Positions 1 to 9,145 of a DNA stretch of 34,029 nucleotides are shown piece after piece. Each line of letters begins with the position of its first letter. Position 1 is the stretch's first letter. This DNA comes from Candidatus Rokuibacteriota bacterium (GTDB taxonomy: Bacteria > JAUVQV01 > DATDCY01), in NCBI GenBank assembly GCA_031406795.1, contig JANOHV010000040.1:1-34029 (forward strand), given 5' to 3'. A program made the position numbers and the translations under genes. Under the pieces are notes generated by a model. That model worked only from the letters and a program-made list of their open reading frames with translations. It made no database searches and was not told the DNA's origin.

Positions 1-166
1 CGTCGCGATGGTGGTGGTCTCGCACGACCTGGGCGTGATCCGCACCCTGACCTCGCGCACCCTGGTCATGAAGGACGGTCGGGTGGTCGAAGCGGGGCTG
101 ACTGACCAGGTGCTCGAGGATCCTCAACACGAGTACACCCAGCTCATGGTCAGTTCGATCCTGTAG
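1..166 (+). CDS. phnK: C-P lyase ABC-type ATPase PhnK, C-terminal fragment (window edge)
   Basis: Not in the ORF track. The frame from position 2 reads VAMVVVSHDLGVIR...EAGLTDQVLEDPQHEYTQLMVSSIL*, the typical PhnK C-terminus, directly upstream of phnL. Confidence 0.9.
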   Translation, partial: VAMVVVSHDLGVIRTLTSRTLVMKDGRVVEAGLTDQVLEDPQHEYTQLMVSSIL

Positions 167-174
167 GAGGCACG

Positions 175-894
175 ATGCTCGAGGTCAGCGGTCTCGCCAA
201 GTCGTTCACCGTGCACGCGCTCGGGGGCAAGCGCATCGACGGCTTCGCCGACGTGGATTTCCTGGTGACGGCCGGGGAAGTGCTGGTGCTCGCCGGGCCG
301 AGCGGGTCGGGCAAGAGCTCGGTCCTCAAGTGCGTCTACCGCACCTACCTCCCGACCGCGGGCAGCGCGCATTACCACCCGCGGCGGGGCGGGGTCGTGG
401 ACCTGGCCCGGGCTTCCGAGCATGAGGTGCTGCGGCTGCGCGCCGCCGAGATCGGCTGCGTCACCCAGTTCCTCAGGGTCATCCCGCGCGTCCCCGCGGT
501 CGACGTCGTCGCGGAACCGCTGCTGCGAAACGGCTTCGCGCTCCGCGAGGCGCGGGACCGGGCCGCCGAGCTGCTGGCGCGCCTGCAGATCCCGGCGGCG
601 CTGCACGAGGCCTTCCCGGCGACCTTCAGCGGCGGAGAGCAGCAGCGCGTCAACATCGCGCGCGCGGTGATCGGCGAGCCGCGGCTGCTGCTGCTCGACG
701 AGCCCACGGCCTCGCTCGACCGCACGGCGACCGGGATCGTCCTGGAACTGCTCGCGGAGCTCAAGTGCCAGGGGACCGCGCTGGTCGCCGTCTTCCACGA
801 CAAGGAGGCCGCGGACCGGATCGCCGACCGGTTCTGCTGCCTGCCTGAAAGGAGTGAACTGCCATGCCGCTGTGCCAGTGCCGTCCCGATGTGA
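175..894 (+). CDS. phnL: C-P lyase system ATPase PhnL
   Basis: Walker A GPSGSGKS, PhnL-type PATFSGGEQQRVNIAR, LLLDEPTASLD, VFHD; RBS AGGAGG upstream; lies between phnK and phnM. Confidence 0.93.
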   Translation: MLEVSGLAKSFTVHALGGKRIDGFADVDFLVTAGEVLVLAGPSGSGKSSVLKCVYRTYLPTAGSAHYHPRRGGVVDLARASEHEVLRLRAAEIGCVTQFLRVIPRVPAVDVVAEPLLRNGFALREARDRAAELLARLQIPAALHEAFPATFSGGEQQRVNIARAVIGEPRLLLLDEPTASLDRTATGIVLELLAELKCQGTALVAVFHDKEAADRIADRFCCLPERSELPCRCASAVPM

Positions 895-2051
895 CGGCCC
901 GTGGGGACCTCCTCATCGACAACGCCCGGATCGTGACTCCGGATGGGGTCATCGACACGGGAAGCCTCGAGATCGCCGAGGGGCGGATCGCGAAGGTCAG
1001 GGAGTGGGCGGGCGGCCGCACCGGGTGTCGCGTCGACGCCCGCGGGCTGCTGCTCTTCCCGGGGTTCGTCGACATTCACAGCGATGCGATCGAGACGACG
1101 ATTCAGCCGCGCCCCGGCGGCCGCTTCCCGTATGCGATGGCGATCACGGAGCTCGACAAACAGCTCGTCTCCTGCGGGATCACGACGATCTACCACTGCC
1201 TCTCCTTTTCCGACCCCCACGACAAGACGCTGCGGGGCTTTCGGACCTGCGCCGAGCTGATCCGGGAGATCAACCGTCGCGCGCCGGGTCTGCGCGCCGC
1301 AACCAGGGTTCACGCGCGCTTCGAGGTGACCGAGACCGCCGCGTTGCCGATCGTCGAGGAGCTGCTGCGCGAGGACGAGGTGCACCTCTTCTCGGTGATG
1401 GATCACACGCCGGGACAGGGGCAGTTCCTCGACGTCGGGAATTTCCGCGACTACTACGGTCGCGTGCGGGGACGAACCCCGGCCGAGCTCGACACGCTGA
1501 TCGAGGAGCGACTCGCCGCCCGGCGGACCCTCGACGAGCGGCTGCTGCGCGGCATCACGGCGCTGGCGCTCAAGCGCGGCGTCGCGATCGCCAGCCACGA
1601 CGACGATTCCGCGCAGAAGGTGGCCTGGGTTCAGCGGCTCGGCGCAACGCTCTCGGAGTTCCCGGTGAACCTCGCCGCTGCGCGGGCGGCGCACGAGCGC
1701 GGCCTGGCCGTTTCGTACGGGGCGCCGAACGTCTTCCGCGGCGCATCGGCGACGAACAACCTCAATGCCCGCGAGAGCATCGGCGCCGGCTACGGCGACA
1801 TCATCTGCTCGGACTACGCGCCGATGTCGCTGCTGCACGCGGTTCTCGCCCTCGAACGCCTCGGGATCGTCCCGCTGCACGAAGCCGTGAACATGGTCTC
1901 CCGCAACCCGGCCGGCGTGGTGGGGATCGCCGACGAGACCGGTTCCCTCGAGGAGGGGAAACTGGCCGACCTCGTGCTTGTCGATGACCGGGAGGATGTT
2001 CCGCGCGTCGTTCGGACCTTCGTCGCCGGCAGGGAGGTCTTCTGCTCGTGA
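864..2051 (+). CDS. phnM: Alpha-D-ribose 1-methylphosphonate 5-triphosphate diphosphatase PhnM
   Basis: Amidohydrolase motifs PGFVDIHSD, MDHTPGQGQF, ASHDD, SEFP, GAPN, SDY, GKLADLV; RBS GAAAGGAG upstream. Confidence 0.93.
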   Translation: MPLCQCRPDVTARGDLLIDNARIVTPDGVIDTGSLEIAEGRIAKVREWAGGRTGCRVDARGLLLFPGFVDIHSDAIETTIQPRPGGRFPYAMAITELDKQLVSCGITTIYHCLSFSDPHDKTLRGFRTCAELIREINRRAPGLRAATRVHARFEVTETAALPIVEELLREDEVHLFSVMDHTPGQGQFLDVGNFRDYYGRVRGRTPAELDTLIEERLAARRTLDERLLRGITALALKRGVAIASHDDDSAQKVAWVQRLGATLSEFPVNLAAARAAHERGLAVSYGAPNVFRGASATNNLNARESIGAGYGDIICSDYAPMSLLHAVLALERLGIVPLHEAVNMVSRNPAGVVGIADETGSLEEGKLADLVLVDDREDVPRVVRTFVAGREVFCS

Positions 2052-2527
2052 GCGCCGTGTCGTCCCTGACGGTCCGCGACGCCGCGGCCGCGGATGCCAC
2101 GGCCCTCTCCGTGCTGCTCGCGCAGCTCGGGTACCCCATGTCGCCGCTGCTGGTGGCGGTGCGGGTGCTGCATCTCGCGGCGGGCGGCCAGACGCGGGTG
2201 CTGGTCGCCGATGCCGGAACCGGGGCCATCGGCTTTCTGGCGCTCACAAGGGTGGACATCCTGCCGTACCCGGAGCCCGTTGCGCGCATCACCGCGCTGT
2301 GCGTGGCCGAGGGCAGCCGCTGCGCGGGGGTGGGTGGGGCCCTCGAGGAGCGGGCCGCCGAGATCGCCCGCGACTGGGGCTGCGCGAAAGTCGAAGTCAT
2401 CTCCAACCGGTTACGGGTGCGGGCTCACGAATTCTACGAGCGGCAGGGATACGAGCAGACCCATCGTTGCTTCGCCAAACGGCTTCGGAACGAGAACCGA
2501 GGAGGAGATGCCGATGCCACCGGTTGA
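2048..2527 (+). CDS. phnO: GNAT acetyltransferase, PhnO-like (aminoalkylphosphonate N-acetyltransferase)
   Basis: GNAT motif A (RCAGVGGAL); C-terminal AHEFYERQGYEQTHRCFAKRL resembles PhnO; GTGA overlap with the phnM stop. Confidence 0.72.
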   Translation: MSAVSSLTVRDAAAADATALSVLLAQLGYPMSPLLVAVRVLHLAAGGQTRVLVADAGTGAIGFLALTRVDILPYPEPVARITALCVAEGSRCAGVGGALEERAAEIARDWGCAKVEVISNRLRVRAHEFYERQGYEQTHRCFAKRLRNENRGGDADATG

Positions 2528-3374
2528 TCAGCTCGACGTCACTGCGCTGCCGGAGACCCTGCTGACACGGATGCGGGAGACCGCAGTGGCGGCCGCCGCC
2601 GCCGCGGGAGAACTCCAGATGCGTCTCTTCCGGAGCGAGCACCTGGTCCGTGCGGTGTCCGATCACGACCTGACCCTCGATGTCGACAAGCACTGCGAAC
2701 AGGCGATGGTGCGGATCATCAGGGCGGCCTTCCCCCGTCACGGCATCCTTTCCGAGGAAGGCGGAACCGAGCCGGGGGACGAGCCTTATCTCTGGGTGCT
2801 CGATCCGCTCGACGGCACGGTAAACTACTATCATGGGATTCCGTTCTTCTGCGCCTGCGTCAGCTGCCATCGACGGCCGGACGCGGCGGTGACGTCGGCC
2901 TTCTCGCGCAGGCTCGGCACGGTCGCCGCGGCCGTCTGCGCCCCCGCACTCGGCGAGAGCTTCGCCGCGGCACTCGGCCGCGGCGCCGAGCTCAACGGCG
3001 GGACCCTCGCCTGTCCCGACACCTTCGATCTCGCGAGCGCGGTGTTCGGGGTCAGCCTCGGCAGCAGGCCGGAGGACACCGAGGCGATGCTCCGCCTCTG
3101 CCGGTCCCTCGGCGCGAAGGCACGGAAGTTGCGCTCGTTCGGCGCCACGGGATACGACCTGGCGCAGGTCGCGGCCGGCCGGCTCGGCGGGCTCGCGCAG
3201 AAGAGCGTGAACCTCTGGGACGCCGCGGCCGGAGCGCTCATTCTCGAGGAGGCCTGCGGGGTGGTCGAGGGTCGCCCGGCCGCCGGCGGGCGCTGGGACA
3301 TGGTCGCGGCCGCCCCGGGGGTTCACGCGCGGCTTTCAACGCTGGTGCGCGAGGCATGGACGACGTTCGCCTGA
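2514..3374 (+). CDS. Inositol monophosphatase (FIG superfamily) phosphatase
   Basis: Motifs SEEG, WVLDPLDGTVNY, WDAAAG. Start moved to ATG 2514 after GGAGGAG (2508 is an alternative); the ORF-track start at 2094 overlaps phnO. Confidence 0.88.
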   Translation: MPPVDQLDVTALPETLLTRMRETAVAAAAAAGELQMRLFRSEHLVRAVSDHDLTLDVDKHCEQAMVRIIRAAFPRHGILSEEGGTEPGDEPYLWVLDPLDGTVNYYHGIPFFCACVSCHRRPDAAVTSAFSRRLGTVAAAVCAPALGESFAAALGRGAELNGGTLACPDTFDLASAVFGVSLGSRPEDTEAMLRLCRSLGAKARKLRSFGATGYDLAQVAAGRLGGLAQKSVNLWDAAAGALILEEACGVVEGRPAAGGRWDMVAAAPGVHARLSTLVREAWTTFA

Positions 3375-3916
3375 TCATCATCACGGTCCCGCCCCCGGCC
3401 GTGCGCGCCGAACTCTCGAAGCTGCGGGCAACCTGCTCCGGGGTTTCCTCGTCGCACGCCGCATCGGTCTACCCTCCGCACATCACCCTGCGGACCGGTG
3501 TCCTCGTGCCGGAGGTCGAGATGCCGGTCTTCCTGGCCGAATTCGGTTCCCACCTGCAGGGCGTCGGCCCGTGCGAGATCCGCACCGGAGCCATCGTCTC
3601 CACGACGCTCAGGCGCGACGATCGGGAGGTGCCGATCGTCGCACTGGAGATCGAGCCGGACGGGGCGCTGGTTTCGTTGCACGAGCGGCTGCTGCGCTAC
3701 GATCGCTACCGCGCGAGCGACCGCACCGGCTTCTGGCCGCACCTGACGCTCGCCTTCCAGGATCTCAGCGCGGATGGCCGCCGACGCCTCGAGGCCTATC
3801 TGGCCGCCCGGGAGGAACTGCGGTCGCGGCGGTTCCTCTGGAACTGCGACAACGTCTCGCTCTACCGGCAGCGCGGGAGGCGCTGGCAGCCCCGCCACGT
3901 CTACAAGCTGGCGTAG
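3356..3916 (+). CDS. 2H phosphoesterase (2'-5' RNA ligase / cyclic phosphodiesterase superfamily)
   Basis: Two HxT motifs (PPHITL, WPHLTL) about 85 aa apart in a 186-aa protein; overlaps the upstream gene end. Confidence 0.85.
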   Translation: MDDVRLIIITVPPPAVRAELSKLRATCSGVSSSHAASVYPPHITLRTGVLVPEVEMPVFLAEFGSHLQGVGPCEIRTGAIVSTTLRRDDREVPIVALEIEPDGALVSLHERLLRYDRYRASDRTGFWPHLTLAFQDLSADGRRRLEAYLAAREELRSRRFLWNCDNVSLYRQRGRRWQPRHVYKLA

Positions 3917-4656
3917 TGCGGCGCGGCGGTCCACGCAGGAGACGGTGCGCCGCTGCGCAGCAACGGGGCGATCTCCGGGGGCAGGCCGGCCGCAACCAGT
4001 GCGCGGGCGTTCGCCTCGACGTCATACGGGACGCGCAGAATCTGGGCGCAGACGGCGGCTGGGGTGATCTCGACCACCGCGCACGCCGCGCGCGGGTCGC
4101 CGTCGACCGGCTTGCCGACGGAGCCGGGGTTGACCAGCGTGGTCCTGCCGAGCCGTTCGATCCTCGGGAGATGCGAGTGCCCGAGGACGACGATGTCGGC
4201 GCCGGTCTCGCCGGCCCGCCTCGCCCAGGCGCTCTGCTCGCGCGCGAGTTCCGCCTCGCCACGGTCGCCGACCTGGCCGTGGGCGAGCAGGATGTTCCGG
4301 TTTTCGAAGACCAGCCACCGGATCACGGCCAGCTGCCGCAGACGGCTGCGCGTCTGCTCGCTGACCCGGGATTGCGTCCAACGCAGCGACGCCTCCCTGA
4401 GGCGGGCGAGACTCCCGGACGCCGGCCCGCAGCCGCAGTCGGGGTGCATCTGGGCGACCGCCTCGTCGTAGTTGCCCTGGACTTCGATGACCTGCTCCTT
4501 CCCGAGAAGCTCGACGCACTCGTCGGGAAAGGCGGAGTACCCGACGCTGTCGCCGGTGTTCAGGATCGCGCTCACGCCGCAGCGCCGCAGCGCGCTCAGC
4601 ACACTGCCGAGTGCGGCGAGGTTGCCGTGAATGTCGCCGATGATCCCGAGACGCAT
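3901..4656 (-). CDS. Calcineurin-like metallophosphoesterase (YfcE/MJ0936-like)
   Basis: Motifs DIHGN, GD, GNYD, HG, GHSH, NPGSVG; RBS AAAGGGAGG; 34 nt downstream of phnE. Confidence 0.88.
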   Translation of the reverse strand: MRLGIIGDIHGNLAALGSVLSALRRCGVSAILNTGDSVGYSAFPDECVELLGKEQVIEVQGNYDEAVAQMHPDCGCGPASGSLARLREASLRWTQSRVSEQTRSRLRQLAVIRWLVFENRNILLAHGQVGDRGEAELAREQSAWARRAGETGADIVVLGHSHLPRIERLGRTTLVNPGSVGKPVDGDPRAACAVVEITPAAVCAQILRVPYDVEANARALVAAGLPPEIAPLLRSGAPSPAWTAAPHYASL

Positions 4657-4690
4657 CGCGTTCGTCCTCCCTTTCGTGGTGACGACCGTC

Positions 4691-5497
4691 TCAGACGAAC
4701 AGCCGTCTCAGCCGCGAGCTCGCGACGTCGACGAGACTCACGGTGACGATGATGATCAACAGCATTGCCGCAGTCTCGCTGTACTGGAAACTGCGGATCG
4801 CGTCCCAGAGCACCATGCCGATGCCGCCCGCGCCGACCATGCCGACGATGCTCGCCGAACGGACGTTGGCCTCGAACCGGTAGAGGGAGTAGGAGACCCA
4901 GAGCGGCATCACCTGCGGGATGACGCCGAAGGCGATGTCCTCCAGCGCGTTGGAACCCGTCGCGCGGATGCCTTCCACCGGGCGCGGGTCGATCGCCTCC
5001 ACCGCCTCGGAGAAGAGCTTCGCCAGCGTCCCGCTGGTGTGGACGAACAGCGCCAGGACGCCCGCGAAGGGGCCGAGGCCGACCGCGGCGATGAAGAGCA
5101 TCGCGAAGATCATCTCGTTGATCGAGCGGGCGGCGTCCATGAGCCGCCGGGTCGGCTGGTAGACCCACAGGGGCACCACGTTCGACGAGGAGAGCAGCCC
5201 GAGCGGCACCGCCGCGAGGACGGAGAGCACCGTCCCCCAGACGGCGATGTGGATCGTGATCAGCATCTGCTCGAGATAGAGGCGCCACTCGCCGAAGCTC
5301 GGCTTCGCGAAGCCGCGGAGGTACTGGACCATGTTCTCCCGGTACGTCCAGAGGTCAAGCGGCTTGAGCTCCAGCACGATGGAGGACCAGACCAGGTACG
5401 CCAGGACGGCGGCCGCGACGCCGCCCCGGGCGATCCACACCCGCCGCGAAGTGCGGGGAATCTCCAGGCCGAGTTGGAACATCGTCGTTTCTGTCAT
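4691..5497 (-). CDS. phnE: Phosphonate ABC transporter permease PhnE
   Basis: [56 protein letters not shown]. Confidence 0.95.
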   Translation of the reverse strand: MTETTMFQLGLEIPRTSRRVWIARGGVAAAVLAYLVWSSIVLELKPLDLWTYRENMVQYLRGFAKPSFGEWRLYLEQMLITIHIAVWGTVLSVLAAVPLGLLSSSNVVPLWVYQPTRRLMDAARSINEMIFAMLFIAAVGLGPFAGVLALFVHTSGTLAKLFSEAVEAIDPRPVEGIRATGSNALEDIAFGVIPQVMPLWVSYSLYRFEANVRSASIVGMVGAGGIGMVLWDAIRSFQYSETAAMLLIIIVTVSLVDVASSRLRRLFV

Positions 5498-5512
5498 GGA
5501 ACCGCCCGCCGC

Positions 5513-5543
5513 GCGAGGGGAGGGGCGTCAGCCCCCCCCCGCG
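5513..5543 (-). other. GC-rich hairpin between phnD and phnE (possible mRNA-stabilising stem)
   Basis: Imperfect inverted repeat GGGGAGGGGC-gtca-GCCCCCCCCC just after the phnD stop; no U-tract. Confidence 0.4.
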
Positions 5544-5548
5544 TCGGT

Positions 5549-6571
5549 CTACTCCTCGTGGAACTTCGAGAGGTTTTGCACGTACGACTTCAGCTCGCTG
5601 AGCTGGTCGGCCAGGGAGGCGAGCTTGGCCTTGTCCTCGGCGCTTTGCTCCGGCTTGCCCTGGATCTTCAGCGTCTCCTTGATGATTTCGATCTCGCGGA
5701 TCGGGAGCAGCTGCCGGTTGTTCGACTCGTTGAAGGGCGCCCAGCCGCTGGAGAGCCCGGCGAGCACCTGCCGCTGCCGCTCGACGTCTGCGCCGACGCG
5801 GCCGTACGAGAGGACGAAGCCCTTGATGCGGGCCTTCAGTTCCTTCGACAGGTCCTTGCGCCAGACGAGGGGGTCGCTCGGGATCAGCGGGCTCTTCCAG
5901 ATCGGCTTCACCTGGGCGGCCATTTCAGGCTGCGTCTTCTGGAGCTTCCCGAGGTTCTCGGTGTTGTTCGTCGCGAAGTCGACCTTCTTGTTGGCCACGG
6001 AGAGCAGGTTCGCCTCGTGGTTGGAGTTGACGACCCGCTTGAAAGTCTTCATCGGGTCGATCCCGCGCTGCGCCCAGAGGTAGTAGTTCGGGATCAGGTA
6101 CCCCGAGGTGCTGTTGGGGTCGCCGTTGCCGAAGGTCAGGTCCTTCGCGTTCTTCACGATGTCGTCGATCGAGTTGTAGGGGCTGTCCTTGTGCACGAGG
6201 ATCAGCGACCAGTAGCCCGGGTTGCCGTCCTTGTCGACCGTCTGCGCGAAGATCTCGCCGCTGGAGCGGTCCACCGCCTCCATCGCGGACTTGTTGCCGA
6301 ACCAGGCGATGTGGACCTTGCCGAAGCGCATCCCCTCGATGACTCCGGCGTAGTCCGTGGCGAAGAACGCGTTGACCTTCATCCCCAGCGCCTTCGACAT
6401 GTCCTCGAGGAACGGCTCGAAACCTTTCCTCAGCCCCTGGGTGGATTCGGTCGAGATGATGCCGAAGTTGAGCTCCTTGATCTCCTCCGGCCTGTTCACC
6501 GACGCGCCGGCCGCCGAAGCGGCCAGCAGTGCGATGCCGAGCAACGGTGCGATGAACCTGAACGAACGCAT
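5549..6571 (-). CDS. phnD: Phosphonate ABC transporter substrate-binding protein PhnD
   Basis: Signal peptide; LNFGIISTES, DYAGVIEGMRF, GNGDPNSTSGYL, WKSPLIPSDP; RBS AAGGAGG. Confidence 0.95.
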   Translation of the reverse strand: MRSFRFIAPLLGIALLAASAAGASVNRPEEIKELNFGIISTESTQGLRKGFEPFLEDMSKALGMKVNAFFATDYAGVIEGMRFGKVHIAWFGNKSAMEAVDRSSGEIFAQTVDKDGNPGYWSLILVHKDSPYNSIDDIVKNAKDLTFGNGDPNSTSGYLIPNYYLWAQRGIDPMKTFKRVVNSNHEANLLSVANKKVDFATNNTENLGKLQKTQPEMAAQVKPIWKSPLIPSDPLVWRKDLSKELKARIKGFVLSYGRVGADVERQRQVLAGLSSGWAPFNESNNRQLLPIREIEIIKETLKIQGKPEQSAEDKAKLASLADQLSELKSYVQNLSKFHEE

Positions 6572-6616
6572 GTCCGAGACCTCCTTGCTTTGCGGTTGTT
6601 GTCGTGGCGCCGCGGG

Positions 6617-7528
6617 TCAGTTCAGGCAGCCCGCGCCCGCCGGGTCACCAGGGGGATCGAAGATCGGCGGTGCACCGTGGCGTGCTCCGTGAAACTCGGG
6701 AAGTGCCGGATGCGCCTGCGTCGCCCGCGGCGTGCTTGCGCCGTCGCCGCACCAGTTCACGCAGCTGCCGTAGACGTTCCGCAGAAGATCCGGCGTCAGG
6801 TCGTGCGTCGGGCCGTCGAAGACCACGCGCCCGTCCTTGAGCGCGACGGAGCGGGGACAGTAGCGCCAGGCGTAGTCGATCTGGTGCAGGCTGACGAGGA
6901 CCGTCGCCCCGTCCTCCCGGTTGAGGGTCGCGAGCGCGGCCATGACCCGGTGCGAGGACTCCGGGTCGAGGGAGGCGATCGGCTCGTCGGCGAGGATCAC
7001 TTTCGCCCCCTGGACCATCGCCCGGGCGATCGCCCCGCGCTGCTGCTGCCCGCCGGAGAGGGTGCTGGCCCGCTGGCCGGCGTGCTCCGCGATGCCGACA
7101 CGCTCGAGCGATGTCAGCGCGGCGTGTTTCTCCGCCCGGGTGAAGCAGTGGGCGGCGCTGCGCCAGGTCGGCACGCGCGCGAGCATGCCGACGAGCGTGT
7201 TGGTCAGGAGCGTGAGCCGGCCCACGAGGTTGAACTGCTGGAAGATGAAGCCCACGCGACTGCGGATGCGCCTGATGTCGCGGGCGACTTTGCCGCCACT
7301 CTGGACGATCTGACCGTGCACCCGGACTTCGCCGCCGCGGCGATCGGCCGGGATCAACCCGGCGACGTGCCGCAGCAGGGTGGACTTGCCGGAGCCCGAG
7401 GTCCCGATCAGGGCCACCATCTCCCCGGGCGCGACGCGGACGCCGACCCGGTCCAGGGCTTTGCGCTGCGCAAAGGTCTTGCGCAGATCGGTCACCTCGA
7501 TCGCCGCCGCTTCGTTTGATCCGCTCAT
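6617..7528 (-). CDS. phnC: Phosphonate ABC transporter ATP-binding protein PhnC
   Basis: [41 protein letters not shown]. Start set at ATG 7528 after AGGAGG. Confidence 0.95.
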   Translation of the reverse strand: MSGSNEAAAIEVTDLRKTFAQRKALDRVGVRVAPGEMVALIGTSGSGKSTLLRHVAGLIPADRRGGEVRVHGQIVQSGGKVARDIRRIRSRVGFIFQQFNLVGRLTLLTNTLVGMLARVPTWRSAAHCFTRAEKHAALTSLERVGIAEHAGQRASTLSGGQQQRGAIARAMVQGAKVILADEPIASLDPESSHRVMAALATLNREDGATVLVSLHQIDYAWRYCPRSVALKDGRVVFDGPTHDLTPDLLRNVYGSCVNWCGDGASTPRATQAHPALPEFHGARHGAPPIFDPPGDPAGAGCLN

Positions 7529-7640
7529 CGCGTGCCTCCTTGCCGTTGCTCGGGCCAACCCGTTGCCCTTCGTTATCCTCCCGACAGATTGGGGGCGTGT
7601 GTGGCTGGGATGTTGTTCCTGTGCGTTCGCGTGCCGCCTG

Positions 7641-7684
7641 AAAAAGGTTGGGGGTCGAACGCCCGGGGGAGGCGCTCGACCCCC
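7641..7684 (-). terminator. Probable intrinsic terminator between the porin gene and phnC
   Basis: Stem GGGGGTCGAaCGCC / GGCGcTCGACCCCC (7650-7684) followed on the minus strand by AACCTTTTT. Confidence 0.55.
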
Positions 7685-7793
7685 TGCAGGAGGAGGATCG
7701 GGGGGCAGGCTTTCCCCCCAATGAGCGAGACCCACCGGCAGGATGCGTCTCGCTCTCGAGGGGGAAGGCCTGGCCCGCCCGGTGGCCCTCCCG

Positions 7794-8972
7794 TTAGAAC
7801 TTGATGCGGGCGCCGGCCATCATGCCGCCGATGTCCGCGTAGTCCTTGCCGGTGCGGTCGAGCGTGTGGGTGCGGTAGCCGAGGTAGAGCTCCGTCCCGT
7901 AGGTGTCGAGCCGCTGGACGAAGAAGGCGCCGATGGTCTTCGCCTCGTCCTTGTCCTTCTTCATGTCGTTCGTGGCGGAGTAGTCCACGGCGAAGGAGGT
8001 GCTGCCGGCGAAGAACAGTTTCGCCGTGTACCCGAGCTTGGCGTAATAGAACAGCGGGTCCTCCTTGCGGGCCGGGTCGTCGAGCTTCTGCTGCCCGGCC
8101 GCGGCGGTGACGCTCAGGCCGAACGGCATCAGCACCGAGACCGAACCGTTGTACTGCTTGATGGAATCGCGCCCCGAGAGCTTGCTGCCGTCGCCCATGT
8201 CGGCGAACGCAGCGGCGGCCTCAAGCTTGACCCCGCCGAATTCTGCGCCGTAGCGCAGCGCTGCGTCCCAGGCCTTCTGGGCGGTGGTGGAGGCGGAGAG
8301 GGTGAAGCCGGCGAGCTTCGGGGTGTCATAGCGCACGCGGTCGTCGCGGCTGAGGCCGTCGAGGTTGTCGAAGACTTCCTTGATCTTGGGGTTGAACTTC
8401 TTGTCAACCGCCGCGTGGATCGTCTTACCGTCCTTGTCCAGGACCGACGCCTTGGCGGCCGCCTCGACGAGACTCCCGGTCTTGTTGTCGAAGAAGACGA
8501 TCCCGCCGGCGAACATCCTCACGTCGGAGTAGCCGATCACGGAGGTGCCCGAGAGGTCGACCTCGGAGGTGTTGTTGGACGCCGTGTCGCCCTGGCCGAG
8601 CGAGAGCTTCCCGAAGTTGCCGCTCAGGTAGAAGTCCAGGTGTCGCTCCGAGAACGTGACCGGGGTGGTCCGCTCGAGGGTCTGGTTGATGTCGCCGGTG
8701 GAGTTGGACTGGATTTCGGCCTCAATCTTCGACCCGACGGTCAGACTGCCGCCTTCGAGCGTCGCCTTGGCGTCGATGCCGATGCGCGTCGAAGAGTTCT
8801 TGTTGTCGACGAAGTAGAGCTTGCTCTGGTCGCCGTCGTCCACCCAGAGCAGCCCGCGGTCGACCTGTCCGTAGAGTTTGACGCTCGGGGCCGCCTGCGC
8901 CCCCTGCGCTGCAACGACGCCCGCGAGGACGAGCGCCGCCGCCAACTGCCACTTGCCATTGCCTGCTTTCAT
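7794..8972 (-). CDS. Gram-negative porin, probably linked to phosphonate/phosphate uptake
   Basis: Signal peptide, VKLYGQVD start, [22 protein letters not shown]-terminal Phe; upstream of and co-oriented with phnCDE. Start set at ATG 8972 after GGGAGG. Confidence 0.85.
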   Translation of the reverse strand: MKAGNGKWQLAAALVLAGVVAAQGAQAAPSVKLYGQVDRGLLWVDDGDQSKLYFVDNKNSSTRIGIDAKATLEGGSLTVGSKIEAEIQSNSTGDINQTLERTTPVTFSERHLDFYLSGNFGKLSLGQGDTASNNTSEVDLSGTSVIGYSDVRMFAGGIVFFDNKTGSLVEAAAKASVLDKDGKTIHAAVDKKFNPKIKEVFDNLDGLSRDDRVRYDTPKLAGFTLSASTTAQKAWDAALRYGAEFGGVKLEAAAAFADMGDGSKLSGRDSIKQYNGSVSVLMPFGLSVTAAAGQQKLDDPARKEDPLFYYAKLGYTAKLFFAGSTSFAVDYSATNDMKKDKDEAKTIGAFFVQRLDTYGTELYLGYRTHTLDRTGKDYADIGGMMAGARIKF

Positions 8973-9041
8973 TCCTGCCTCCCTCTCCTGGTTGAACCCC
9001 ATGCCGCCGCGGCACCGCGCCGGACGACTCACACGGAGGCT

Positions 9042-9085
9042 ACGGTAGAAGGGCAAGGTTAGGAAGGGCTCTGGACCAGGTTAAG
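9042..9085 (-). promoter_or_regulatory. Pho-box-like direct repeat plus -10 element for the porin/phnCDE unit
   Basis: Minus strand CTTAACCT (9085-9078) and CCTAACCT (9063-9056), 22 bp apart; TACCGT at 9047-9042. Confidence 0.55.
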
Positions 9086-9145
9086 ATCGCATTGCGCGTG
9101 GATGAGCACGTCATCCACCGCGGCCGGAACTGCAGGCGCCGTCCC

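Noticed and set aside
864-894. 31-nt phnL/phnM overlap as programmed frameshift or fusion
   Set aside because: phnM has its own RBS and start; the overlap is explained by a short phnL tail.
4631-7519. 962-aa plus-strand ORF
   Set aside because: Antisense shadow of phnCDE in high-GC DNA; no recognisable motifs.
4691-7528. Phosphite transporter (ptxABC) or phosphite-oxidation interpretation
   Set aside because: No ptxD or phosphite-oxidation genes in the window; PhnD/PhnE motifs and the C-P lyase context fit phosphonate uptake.
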